A stretch of DNA of 64,000 bases from Desulfobacterales bacterium (GTDB lineage: Bacteria; Desulfobacterota; Desulfobacteria; Desulfobacterales; UBA2245). The position numbers and the translations under genes are program-made. Positions 33,701 through 39,770 of this stretch are shown here, piece by piece; position 1 is the stretch's first letter, and the number at the start of each line of letters is the position of its first letter. The stretch covers positions 186,001 to 250,000 of the forward strand of contig JAXGZF010000006.1 in NCBI GenBank assembly GCA_040771865.1, in the 5' to 3' direction. Below the pieces are notes generated by a model, which searched no databases, was not told where the DNA came from, and saw nothing but the letters and a program-made list of their open reading frames with translations.

Positions 33701-36029
33701 CGCTTCCGGTCTCTGGATTCCCCTGCTGGGGGCGGATTTTGACGGCAACGGCCATACGATTTCCAATCTTTATATCAACCAGTCCTTCAGCTCGGCGGTC
33801 GGCATGTTCGGCATCGTTCAATCCGACATCGCCAATCTGGGTCTGGAGAATGTCGATGTCTCCAGCGAGGATGCGGTCGGCGGTCTGGTCGGCGGGATAA
33901 TTGGCAGCGGTGCGGATTATGCCGGCATCAGCAACTGCTACGTCACCGGCAGCGTGACCGGCGAAGAAAATGTCGGCGGGCTGGCGGGCTGGATCGGTTA
34001 CAGCGTCGTCAGCAATTCCTACTTTGCGGGCGTTGCGACCGGCGCAACGAACGTCGGGGGCCTTGTTGGATACAACGAGGACGGCGCGATCGTCTCTTCC
34101 TATTGGGATATGGATTTGTCCGGCCTGACCGAAGGCGTGGGCGCGGGCGTCGGCGGGGGGGCCGGTCTGAGCACGGCCCAGATGATGCAGGAGGCGAGCT
34201 TTGTCGGGTGGGATTTTGACAACGTCTGGTACATCAACGAGGGAGTCACCCGGCCGTCGTTGAGCATGTTGTACAGCACCTTCATCACCAAACCTTATCA
34301 GTTGCAGATGATGGTCCAGGATCTTGCCGCGGACTACACGCTGGGCGTGGATCTGGACATGGCGATGATTCTGGACTTTTTGCCCGTGGGGGATTCTTCG
34401 GCTCCGTTTACCGGAACCTTTGACGGACTGGGCCACACAATTGCAAACCTGACGATCAACCGACCCGAGGCGGATTACGTTGGGCTGTTCGGCTGCACGG
34501 ACAACGCGATCATTCGCAACGTGAGTCTGATCGGGTGCAGCGTGACCGGCGCGGAGAATGTCGGCGGGCTGGCGGGTTTTGCTCAGAACAGCACGATCAG
34601 CAACGCATCCTTTTCCGGCAGCGTGACCGGCGAAGGAAATGTCGGCGGACTTGCGGGCCGGAGCGTATACAGCGATATCATCAATGCCTATTTTTCCGGC
34701 AGCGTGACCGGCACGGAGGATGTCGGCGGGCTGGTGGGCCAGTGCGAGTATGGCTCTGTCATTACCGATTCTTATTTCTCGGGCAGTGTGACCGGTGCAG
34801 ATGAGGTCGGCGGCCTGGTCGGATACATTGAAGACAACGACATGACCTCCTTCAACCCGCTCGACTTCATCAAGAACAGCCACTACAACATCGACACTGT
34901 TTTGATCAACGGAGGTCATTATGTGACCATCGGCGGTCTTTACAACGCCCAGTATTCGGACTGGATCGCCAACAAGACGCTGGATATCGCCGACTACCCG
35001 ACGCTGGCGCTCAGCGGCGGATACTACGAGATCAGCACGGTTCAGGGCATGAGTGACCTGCTGGGTTTTGCCGACAACCCGTCCTATAAATTCCGTCTGT
35101 CGGCGGACATCGATCTGGCGTCCGCTTCCGGTCTCTGGATTCCCCTGCTGGGGGCGGATTTTGACGGCAACGGCCATACGATTTCCAATCTTTATATCAA
35201 CCAGTCCTTCAGCTCGGCGGTCGGCATGTTCGGCATCGTTCAATCCGACATCGCCAATCTGGGTCTGGAGAATGTCGATGTCTCCAGCGAGGATGCGGTC
35301 GGCGGTCTGGTCGGCGGGATAATTGGCAGCGGTGCGGATTATGCCGGCATCAGCAACTGCTACGTCACCGGCAGCGTGACCGGCGAAGAAAATGTCGGCG
35401 GGCTGGCGGGCGTACTGATAAACAGCGTCATCAGCGATTCATTTACCGCCGTCAGCGTGACTGGCGCAAAGAATGTCGGCGGTCTGGCGGGCTATATCGA
35501 CCCAAGCAATATCATCAACTCCTATTCCATTGGCAGTGTGAGCGGCACGGAGAATGTCGGCGGCCTGGTGGGATACAACGAAGATGGAACGATCACCGAT
35601 TCCTATTGGAACACCGAGACATCGGGCCAGACCGATGGCGTGGGCGTGGGCGTCGGCGGGGGGACCGGCCTGACCACGGACGAGATGATGCAGCAGGCAA
35701 GTTATGCCGGCTGGGATTTTAATACAAAGTGGGACATTGACGAAGGGGAATCCTATCCCTACCTCCTTGCGTTTGCCGATGTTACGCCCGAGCCCGAATC
35801 CGCTGCTGAGGTGGTCCAAATCGTCGAAGCGGAGTTGTTTGAATTAAATGATGTATTAACCGGTACTTTTACCCTTCCGGATCCGGAGCCCGTTGCCGCG
35901 GAGCCGGATGAAAAGGATGAAGAGGGAACGGCCGATGAAGAAGAAAAACGGAAGGTGAATCTGGCCGATCTTCCGCTGCTTGAACTTGAGGGCGGCTGCG
36001 TTTCCGGGCAAAATTTGGAGTGCGAATGA
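24786..36029 (+). CDS. Giant TpsA exoprotein: filamentous-haemagglutinin TPS domain plus GLUG-motif repeats (~3747 aa)
   Basis: AAGGAGG RBS; long signal peptide ending SVWA; TPS motifs INWQRF, ALNRV, VFLVNPSG, GGFIETSG, WLLDP; many VGGLVG/VGGLAG motifs and FDGxGHTIxNL units. Confidence 0.93.
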   Translation: MNGKRFIRRRMQWSVSAKNNRFSRQGPGRTAVSFFRCILLAAVLLTPFSVWAGPAGDQVVAGSAAVTRPDSVTTLINQHTDKAIINWQRFSIDPQETVLFQQPGSSSVALNRVLGSDPSRIFGRMNANGQVFLVNPSGVLFAPGSEISVHGLLATTHDIQDDDFLAGRYSFFRTDSPPGAEVINEGLLQAGEQGYIVLAGDYAANHGIIMAKLGQVTLASGERFTLDLEGDELISLTVDESILAERAGVENFGEISADGGQVIMTARVASELTGAVVNNEGLIRARTIEEHNGEILLLAGMENGTFAENSTVRVGGVLDASALDGGDGGFIETSGTSVKVEDGAIVTTLASDGKTGAWLLDPQDYYIAAVGGDITGSALSSNLSQTNVTISSAAGGTKGHGDIFVNDSVTWSAHTLTLDAERNIEINAVMTAAFSPLGGYTGLVMNTGSEGSVLVGFNEGEATGFKGRVDLSGGVSLNINGNPYTLINNLNALQDMSSDLSGYYALGSNIVASETIGWDGGKGFDPVGEFTGAFDGLGHTISDLTINRPDTDNVGLFGYTNGAVIRNVGLIGCSVSGGQYHVGGLAGYVAYSDIINCYATGDVTGAYKFVGGLVGECNYNSTIIGSYAFGNVTGGKEVGGLAGRCGEGEFDSAIIDSYFQGSVTGTDIGPHGGLVGVMRDTLLNSYYNIDTVLINGGHYVYIGGLYNDQYDDWIAGDKTLHIGDYPTLALNGGYYDIGTVQGMKDLLGFAGDSSFKFRLSADIDLASAPGLWIPWLAADFDGNGHTISNLNINQPFCAAVGMFGSVYSDIANLGLVNASVVGLNPVGGLVGGSGYSNISNCYVTGSVSGLDGNVGGLVGWSGYSNISNCYVSGDVSSGSEGVVGGLVGYNFSSAISDSWFSGSVTGTANYGGLMGYLECDDFLHPVDTINNSHYNIDDVIINGGHYVTFGGLYDAQYSDWIADKTLNIADYPTLALNGGYYEIGTVQGMKDLLGFSDNPAYQFRLAANIDLASAPGLFIPLLEADFDGSGHTISNLYINQSSGTGMFGAVSSDISSLGLVDVDVSGFETVGGLAAGLLGKGGDFATILNCYVTGSVTGADYKVGGLVGQSIYGTISNSYFSGSVTGTGERDAGGLVGKLEGDSAISDCYVTGSVAGTANVGGLVGRFADASSISRSYFAGTVTGTTNVGGLAGYNEDGTATIISSYWDTDLSGLFQSVGAGGDGVPAPPSDLRLFLDVGADAGGGTGLSTAQMMQEASFVGWDFDNVWYINEGVTRPLLRMGYSTFITKPYQLQMMVQDLAADYTLGVDLDMAMILDFLPVGDSSAPFTGTFDGLGHTIANLTINRPEADYVGLFGCTDNAIIRNVSLIGCSVTGAENVGGLAGFAQNSTISNASFSGSVTGTDEVGGLVGYAGFSDISNSYFSGSVTGAVEVGGLVGYLNSSTLADSYSKGSISGTVNAFGLVGGIQDDFAIINSFYNIDDVLINGGHYVTIGGIYNAQYNDWVAGDKALHIGDYPTLALNGGYYEISTVQGMKDLLGFAGDPSYKFRLSADIDLASVPGLFIPLLKADFDGSGHTISNLYVNQPFNGGLGMFGIVQSDIANLGLENVSITGAGTVGGLAAVLWGSIDNEAVVSNSYVTGSVTGEENVGGLAGWIGYSVVSNSYFAGVATGATNVGGLVGYNEDGAIVSSYWDMDLSGLTEGVGAGVGGGAGLSTAQMMQEASFVGWDFDNVWYINEGVTRPSLSMLYSTFITKPYQLQMMVQDLAADYTLGVDLDMAMILDFLPVGDSSAPFTGTFDGLGHTIANLTINRPEADYVGLFGCTDNAIIRNVSLIGCSVTGAENVGGLAGFAQNSTISNASFSGSVTGEGNVGGLAGRSVYSDIINAYFSGSVTGTEDVGGLVGQCEYGSVITDSYFSGSVTGADEVGGLVGYIEDNDMTSFNPLDFIKNSHYNIDTVLINGGHYVTIGGLYNAQYSDWIANKTLDIADYPTLALSGGYYEISTVQGMSDLLGFADNPSYKFRLSADIDLASASGLWIPLLGADFDGNGHTISNLYINQSFSSAVGMFGIVQSDIANLGLENVDVSSEDAVGGLVGGIIGSGADYAGISNCYVTGSVTGEENVGGLAGVLINSVVSNSYFAGVATGATNVGGLVGYNEDGAIVSSYWDMDLSGLTEGVGAGVGGGAGLSTAQMMQEASFVGWDFDNVWYINEGVTRPSLSMLYSTFITKPYQLQMMVQDLAADYTLGVDLDMAMILDFLPVGDSSAPFTGTFDGLGHTIANLTINRPEADYVGLFGCTDNAIIRNVSLIGCSVTGAENVGGLAGFAQNSTISNASFSGSVTGTDEVGGLVGYAGFSDISNSYFSGSVTGAVEVGGLVGYLNSSTLADSYSKGSISGTVNAFGLVGGIQDDFAIINSFYNIDDVLINGGHYVTIGGIYNAQYNDWVAGDKALHIGDYPTLALNGGYYEISTVQGMKDLLGFAGDPSYKFRLSADIDLASVPGLFIPLLKADFDGSGHTISNLYVNQPFNGGLGMFGIVQSDIANLGLENVSITGAGTVGGLAAVLWGSIDNEAVVSNSYVTGSVTGEENVGGLAGWIGYSVVSNSYFAGVATGATNVGGLVGYNEDGAIVSSYWDMDLSGLTEGVGAGVGGGAGLSTAQMMQEASFVGWDFDNVWYINEGVTRPSLSMLYSTFITKPYQLQMMVQDLAADYTLGVDLDMAMILDFLPVGDSSAPFTGTFDGLGHTIANLTINRPEADYVGLFGCTDNAIIRNVSLIGCSVTGAENVGGLAGFAQNSTISNASFSGSVTGEGNVGGLAGRSVYSDIINAYFSGSVTGTEDVGGLVGQCEYGSVITDSYFSGSVTGADEVGGLVGYIEDNDMTSFNPLDFIKNSHYNIDTVLINGGHYVTIGGLYNAQYSDWIANKTLDIADYPTLALSGGYYEISTVQGMSDLLGFADNPSYKFRLSADIDLASASGLWIPLLGADFDGNGHTISNLYINQSFSSAVGMFGIVQSDIANLGLENVDVSSEDAVGGLVGGIIGSGADYAGISNCYVTGSVTGEENVGGLAGWIGYSVVSNSYFAGVATGATNVGGLVGYNEDGAIVSSYWDMDLSGLTEGVGAGVGGGAGLSTAQMMQEASFVGWDFDNVWYINEGVTRPSLSMLYSTFITKPYQLQMMVQDLAADYTLGVDLDMAMILDFLPVGDSSAPFTGTFDGLGHTIANLTINRPEADYVGLFGCTDNAIIRNVSLIGCSVTGAENVGGLAGFAQNSTISNASFSGSVTGEGNVGGLAGRSVYSDIINAYFSGSVTGTEDVGGLVGQCEYGSVITDSYFSGSVTGADEVGGLVGYIEDNDMTSFNPLDFIKNSHYNIDTVLINGGHYVTIGGLYNAQYSDWIANKTLDIADYPTLALSGGYYEISTVQGMSDLLGFADNPSYKFRLSADIDLASASGLWIPLLGADFDGNGHTISNLYINQSFSSAVGMFGIVQSDIANLGLENVDVSSEDAVGGLVGGIIGSGADYAGISNCYVTGSVTGEENVGGLAGVLINSVISDSFTAVSVTGAKNVGGLAGYIDPSNIINSYSIGSVSGTENVGGLVGYNEDGTITDSYWNTETSGQTDGVGVGVGGGTGLTTDEMMQQASYAGWDFNTKWDIDEGESYPYLLAFADVTPEPESAAEVVQIVEAELFELNDVLTGTFTLPDPEPVAAEPDEKDEEGTADEEEKRKVNLADLPLLELEGGCVSGQNLECE
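28631..35411 (+). repeat. Intragenic tandem array of near-identical 1398/1422-bp units (A-B-A-B-B')
   Basis: Marker gtacagcaccttcatcacc at 28631, 30029, 31451, 32849 and 34271 (spacings 1398, 1422, 1398, 1422); printed lines match at offset 2820. Confidence 0.95.
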
Positions 36030-37201
36030 AAACTTTCAGAACCGATGGAATGATGGTTGCGGGCTGCAGGATCAGGATGACTTTTCTGCTATGTACGGTT
36101 CTTGCTGCTGTCCTGCTGGCCCACCCTTCCTGGGCCGCGGAACCCGCCGGCAAGGTGGCGGCCATGGCGGGTGCGGTGACGGCCGAAGACGCCGGCGGCG
36201 CTGTTCGTTCCCTTGCTCAGGATGCTCCGGTTTTTTCCGGTGATGTCATCAACACCGGACCCGGTGCCAAGGTACGCATCGTCTTTACCGACAGCAGCGT
36301 TATTTTTCTGCGCCCACTGTCCCGGCTGGTGATTGACGAGTATCGCCACACCGGTGATCCGCAGCATGACCGGAGCAATTTTACCCTGATGAGAGGCGGG
36401 TTCAGAGCCGTCACCGGCACTATTGGCCGAGCCAACACCGACAGCTACCGGATCGATACGCCGGTGGCCACCATCGGCATTCGCGGAACCGACCACGAGG
36501 GCCGCTATTGCACGGGCGACTGCTATGATCTTGCCGACATCGGCGTCGTTCCGCCGCCCGATGGTCTTTATACCGGAACCAACAGCGGTCGGACCGTAGT
36601 CGGCGGCGTGGAATTCGGACCGGGTCAGTACGGCCACACCAATCTTGACAGGGTCACCCGGATGCTTCCCGAACCACCGCCGATTCTGACCCGGGACCCC
36701 TACCTGCGCAATGCCATTGCTGATCAGGATGCCAGGGCTGCCGGAGTTGTTCCGGCCGATCAGAAAGCTGAACCGGATCAAGGGACAGCGGCTGACCAGG
36801 CGGTTTCGGGTGATCAGGGCGTTCCGTCAGGCCAGGTCATTCCATCTGGGCAGGGCGGTCTGATGGTTCCGGGCGTTTCGACCGTTCCGGGGGTTACGTC
36901 CGATCAAGGCGTTGTGACCGGCCAGGCGGTTCCGGGTGATCGGGGCGTTCCGTCAGGCCAGGTCGTTCCGTCAGAGCAGGGCGGTCTGATGGTTCCGGGC
37001 GTTTCGACTGTTCCGGGGGTTACGTCCGATCAAGGCGTTGTGACCGGCCAGGCGGTTCCGGGTGATCGGGGCGTTCCGTCAGGCCAGGTCGTTCCGTCAG
37101 AGCAGGGAGGTCTGACCGTTCAGGGTATGCCGGTTGCGAGCGATGAAGGCATCGAGATTCCAGCCATGCCATCCGGCGTACGGACAGTCCAGTGCCGGTA
37201 G
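36026..37201 (+). CDS. Exported FecR-domain protein with C-terminal low-complexity repeats
   Basis: ATGA overlap with tpsA stop; signal peptide ending PSWA; VFSGDVINTG, IVFTDSS, GGFRAVTG, TPVATIGIRGT. Confidence 0.88.
   Translation: MKTFRTDGMMVAGCRIRMTFLLCTVLAAVLLAHPSWAAEPAGKVAAMAGAVTAEDAGGAVRSLAQDAPVFSGDVINTGPGAKVRIVFTDSSVIFLRPLSRLVIDEYRHTGDPQHDRSNFTLMRGGFRAVTGTIGRANTDSYRIDTPVATIGIRGTDHEGRYCTGDCYDLADIGVVPPPDGLYTGTNSGRTVVGGVEFGPGQYGHTNLDRVTRMLPEPPPILTRDPYLRNAIADQDARAAGVVPADQKAEPDQGTAADQAVSGDQGVPSGQVIPSGQGGLMVPGVSTVPGVTSDQGVVTGQAVPGDRGVPSGQVVPSEQGGLMVPGVSTVPGVTSDQGVVTGQAVPGDRGVPSGQVVPSEQGGLTVQGMPVASDEGIEIPAMPSGVRTVQCR
36795..37120 (+). repeat. 126-bp (42-aa) tandem repeat, ~2.5 copies, built on a 6-aa period
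   Basis: ggcgttccgtcaggccaggtc at 36818, 36944 and 37070. Confidence 0.9.
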
Positions 37202-37300
37202 TTCAGCGCATGGCAGATCCATGAACACAAGGTCGGCCCTGGGCCTGGTAATGCATATGCGCGTGATGACGGATCAGCTTTAAAATTTATTTACTGATGA

Positions 37301-39550
37301 ATGAAAGCAATGCCGCGTCCTAAGGCCCTGTTGAAACCGACTCCTTTCAAGATCGGCTGCCTGGTTATCCTGGCGGCCGCTTTGCTTTTTTATTCGTTTG
37401 GCGTCGAAAAGCCCCCCCTTCTGGATGCTCTGGACAAGCGGGTGACGGACAGCATGTTCAACTGGCGCGGTCCTGAGCCGGTCAGCGGTCGAGTGGTTAT
37501 CGTCGATATTGACGAGCAAAGCCTTCGAAAGGTCGGACAGTGGCCTTGGTCCCGGAACGCGGTCGCCGCGATGCTGGCCAATATCGGTGCCGGCGGAGCG
37601 CGGGCCGTCGGAGTTGACATCGTCTTTGCCGAGCCGGACCGGACATCTCCTGCCCGGTTTCTATCGGATCTTCGGCAGCGCTTTCCCGCCGCCTTTGTTG
37701 ACGCACACCTCACCCGCCTGCTGAATCAGGGGGAATTCAATCACGATCGCATCCTCGGCGAAACCCTGGCCGGCTTGCCGTCGGTTCTGGGCTATGTCTT
37801 TCAGGTCACGGACGACGGACTCAAGGACGCCGGCAGTACGCCCTTTCCCGCCGCCGCTATCCGCCTCGACCCTCCGGATGCGAGTTTTTCCGATCTGACC
37901 CTGCTTTCCGCCTTTCGGGCGATTCTCAATGTATCGGACATATCCCAGGCTGCAAGCGAGGGCTTTTTCAACGTTTTTCCCGATATCGACGGAACGGTCC
38001 GCAAGGTGCCCCTGTTGATGGAAATGGACGGAATGCCGTATCCATCGCTGGCCCTGGAACTGGCCCGAATCGGCCTGGGTGAGGAAAGCCTCACGATTCA
38101 GGCGGAATCCGCCGCTTCCGTAAGGCGGCGCGGGCTTTTCGGAATTTCCCTGGGCGAACGTTTCATACCCACCGATGAACACGGCCAGATCTGCGTAAAC
38201 TTCCGCGGACCGCCTTACTGCTTTCCTTATGTTTCGGCGGTTGACGTGATCAATGGAGAAAATCTGAAACTGTTTCAGGACAAGATCGTGATCATCGGCA
38301 CATCGGCCGCCGGGCTTCTTGATCTCCGCTCCACGCCTTTTGCCAGCGTCTATCCGGGCGTTGAGATTCAGGCCAGCATCATCGACAACATTCTGGCTGC
38401 CGATCCTCTCGTCTACGACATTTACACCGAAATCGGAATGACCTATCTGATGATTGTTGCGGGGGGGCTGGTTCTCTCAGCCCTGCTGACCTTCAGCGGC
38501 CCGCTGGCCGGGGGCCTGGGCGCCGTGCTGCTGGTCGTAGCCGCTGCGGCCGGAAATTATATATTTTTTTTCAAACAGCGCGTGGTGGTCGGCCTGGTTT
38601 ATCCTCTGGCGTCGCTTGTGGTTCTTTTCATCGTGGTCACCCTCTTCAACTACTTTTTCGAAGGCCGGCAGAAAAGATTTATCAGCAAGGCTTTCAGTCA
38701 GTACGTGCCGCCGGAACTGGTAAAGAAAATGGCTGCAAGGCCCGACGAACTCGGTATCGGCGGCGAGACGCGGGAGATGACGGTGCTTTTTACGGATGTG
38801 CGCGGATTCACCACGATCTCCGAAGGCCTCGAAGCCACCGAGCTGACCCGGCTGATGAACGAGATGCTTACCCCGATGACCCGGATCATTCATCAGCATC
38901 GCGGAACGATCGACAAGTACATGGGCGATGCGATCATGGCCTTCTGGGGCGCGCCGCTGCATGATGACGATCACGCTCGGCACGCACTTCAGGCCGGCCT
39001 GGCGATGGTGGCCGAATTGCCCAGAATTCAGGAAGAATTCAAGGCCAGGGGCTGGCCTCCGATCCGGGTCGGCGTCGGATTGAACAGTGGTCCGATGAAC
39101 GTCGGCAACATGGGCTCGGAATTCCGCATGGCCTACACGGTTCTGGGGGATGCGGTCAACCTCGGCTCCCGCCTGGAAGGTTTGACCAAGCAGTACGGGG
39201 TGGATATCATTGTCGGTGAACACACCAGGTCTCTGGTGCCGGATTTCGCTTACCGTGAGCTGGACAAGGTTCGAGTCAAGGGCAAGGGAAAACCGGTTTC
39301 GATTTTCGAACCCCTCGGTCCCGCCGAGAATCTGAGCCCGCAGGAAGCCGAACGCCTGCAACGTTATCACCAGGCTCTGGCGCTTTACCGGAACCGGGAA
39401 TTTGCGGCGGCTGGAGAAATTTTTGAGATTTTGATTCGAGAGGAACCCCACCGGCCGATTTACGGCCTTTATCGCAACCGGATCCGGCACTTTCAGCAGA
39501 ACCCGCCTGAACCGGACTGGGACGGCGCCTTTACCCATACCGCCAAGTGA
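37301..39550 (+). CDS. CHASE2-domain class III adenylate cyclase
   Basis: CHASE2 motifs VVIVDIDEQSL, GQWPWSR, DIVFAEPD, DGTVR, PGVEIQA; three TM helices; catalytic VLFTDVRGFT, DKYMGDAIMA, YTVLGDAVNLGSRLE, VRVKGK; WDG tail. Confidence 0.93.
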   Translation: MKAMPRPKALLKPTPFKIGCLVILAAALLFYSFGVEKPPLLDALDKRVTDSMFNWRGPEPVSGRVVIVDIDEQSLRKVGQWPWSRNAVAAMLANIGAGGARAVGVDIVFAEPDRTSPARFLSDLRQRFPAAFVDAHLTRLLNQGEFNHDRILGETLAGLPSVLGYVFQVTDDGLKDAGSTPFPAAAIRLDPPDASFSDLTLLSAFRAILNVSDISQAASEGFFNVFPDIDGTVRKVPLLMEMDGMPYPSLALELARIGLGEESLTIQAESAASVRRRGLFGISLGERFIPTDEHGQICVNFRGPPYCFPYVSAVDVINGENLKLFQDKIVIIGTSAAGLLDLRSTPFASVYPGVEIQASIIDNILAADPLVYDIYTEIGMTYLMIVAGGLVLSALLTFSGPLAGGLGAVLLVVAAAAGNYIFFFKQRVVVGLVYPLASLVVLFIVVTLFNYFFEGRQKRFISKAFSQYVPPELVKKMAARPDELGIGGETREMTVLFTDVRGFTTISEGLEATELTRLMNEMLTPMTRIIHQHRGTIDKYMGDAIMAFWGAPLHDDDHARHALQAGLAMVAELPRIQEEFKARGWPPIRVGVGLNSGPMNVGNMGSEFRMAYTVLGDAVNLGSRLEGLTKQYGVDIIVGEHTRSLVPDFAYRELDKVRVKGKGKPVSIFEPLGPAENLSPQEAERLQRYHQALALYRNREFAAAGEIFEILIREEPHRPIYGLYRNRIRHFQQNPPEPDWDGAFTHTAK

Positions 39551-39770
39551 GGAGAATGCTCCTGTGGTTTTTCGTTGCCGGCGGATTCTCAATAGGGTAG
39601 ATTGATTTTATCAGCGGACGGTTTCTTGGTGGTTGAATCAGCGCGGAAAAAGCCGGAACCGGCCGAGTCCGGATCGACAGCGGGGGCTCGCCGGCAGCCC
39701 TTTGCGGATAGTGAAAGACGGATTTCCTTTTCAATGGCTTTTAAATTTGAATTCGAATACTGAAAATTTC

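Noticed and set aside
24339..35243. Long minus-strand ORFs (562, 369, 793 and 1062 aa) across tpsB/tpsA
   Set aside because: Antisense shadows that repeat with the tpsA array and show no independent protein features
28631..37120. Repeat arrays as CRISPR or diversity-generating retroelement template/variable repeats
   Set aside because: Repeats are in-frame coding units without unique spacers; differences are not adenine-specific; no cas or reverse transcriptase gene in the window
36026..37201. FecR as part of a FecIRA iron-uptake system
   Set aside because: No ECF sigma factor, no TonB-dependent receptor, and no N-terminal cytoplasmic anti-sigma region
39551..39770. Long-range tgccggcg/cgccggca pairing after the cyclase as an ncRNA
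   Set aside because: An 8-bp GC-rich complement is expected by chance; no further supporting structure
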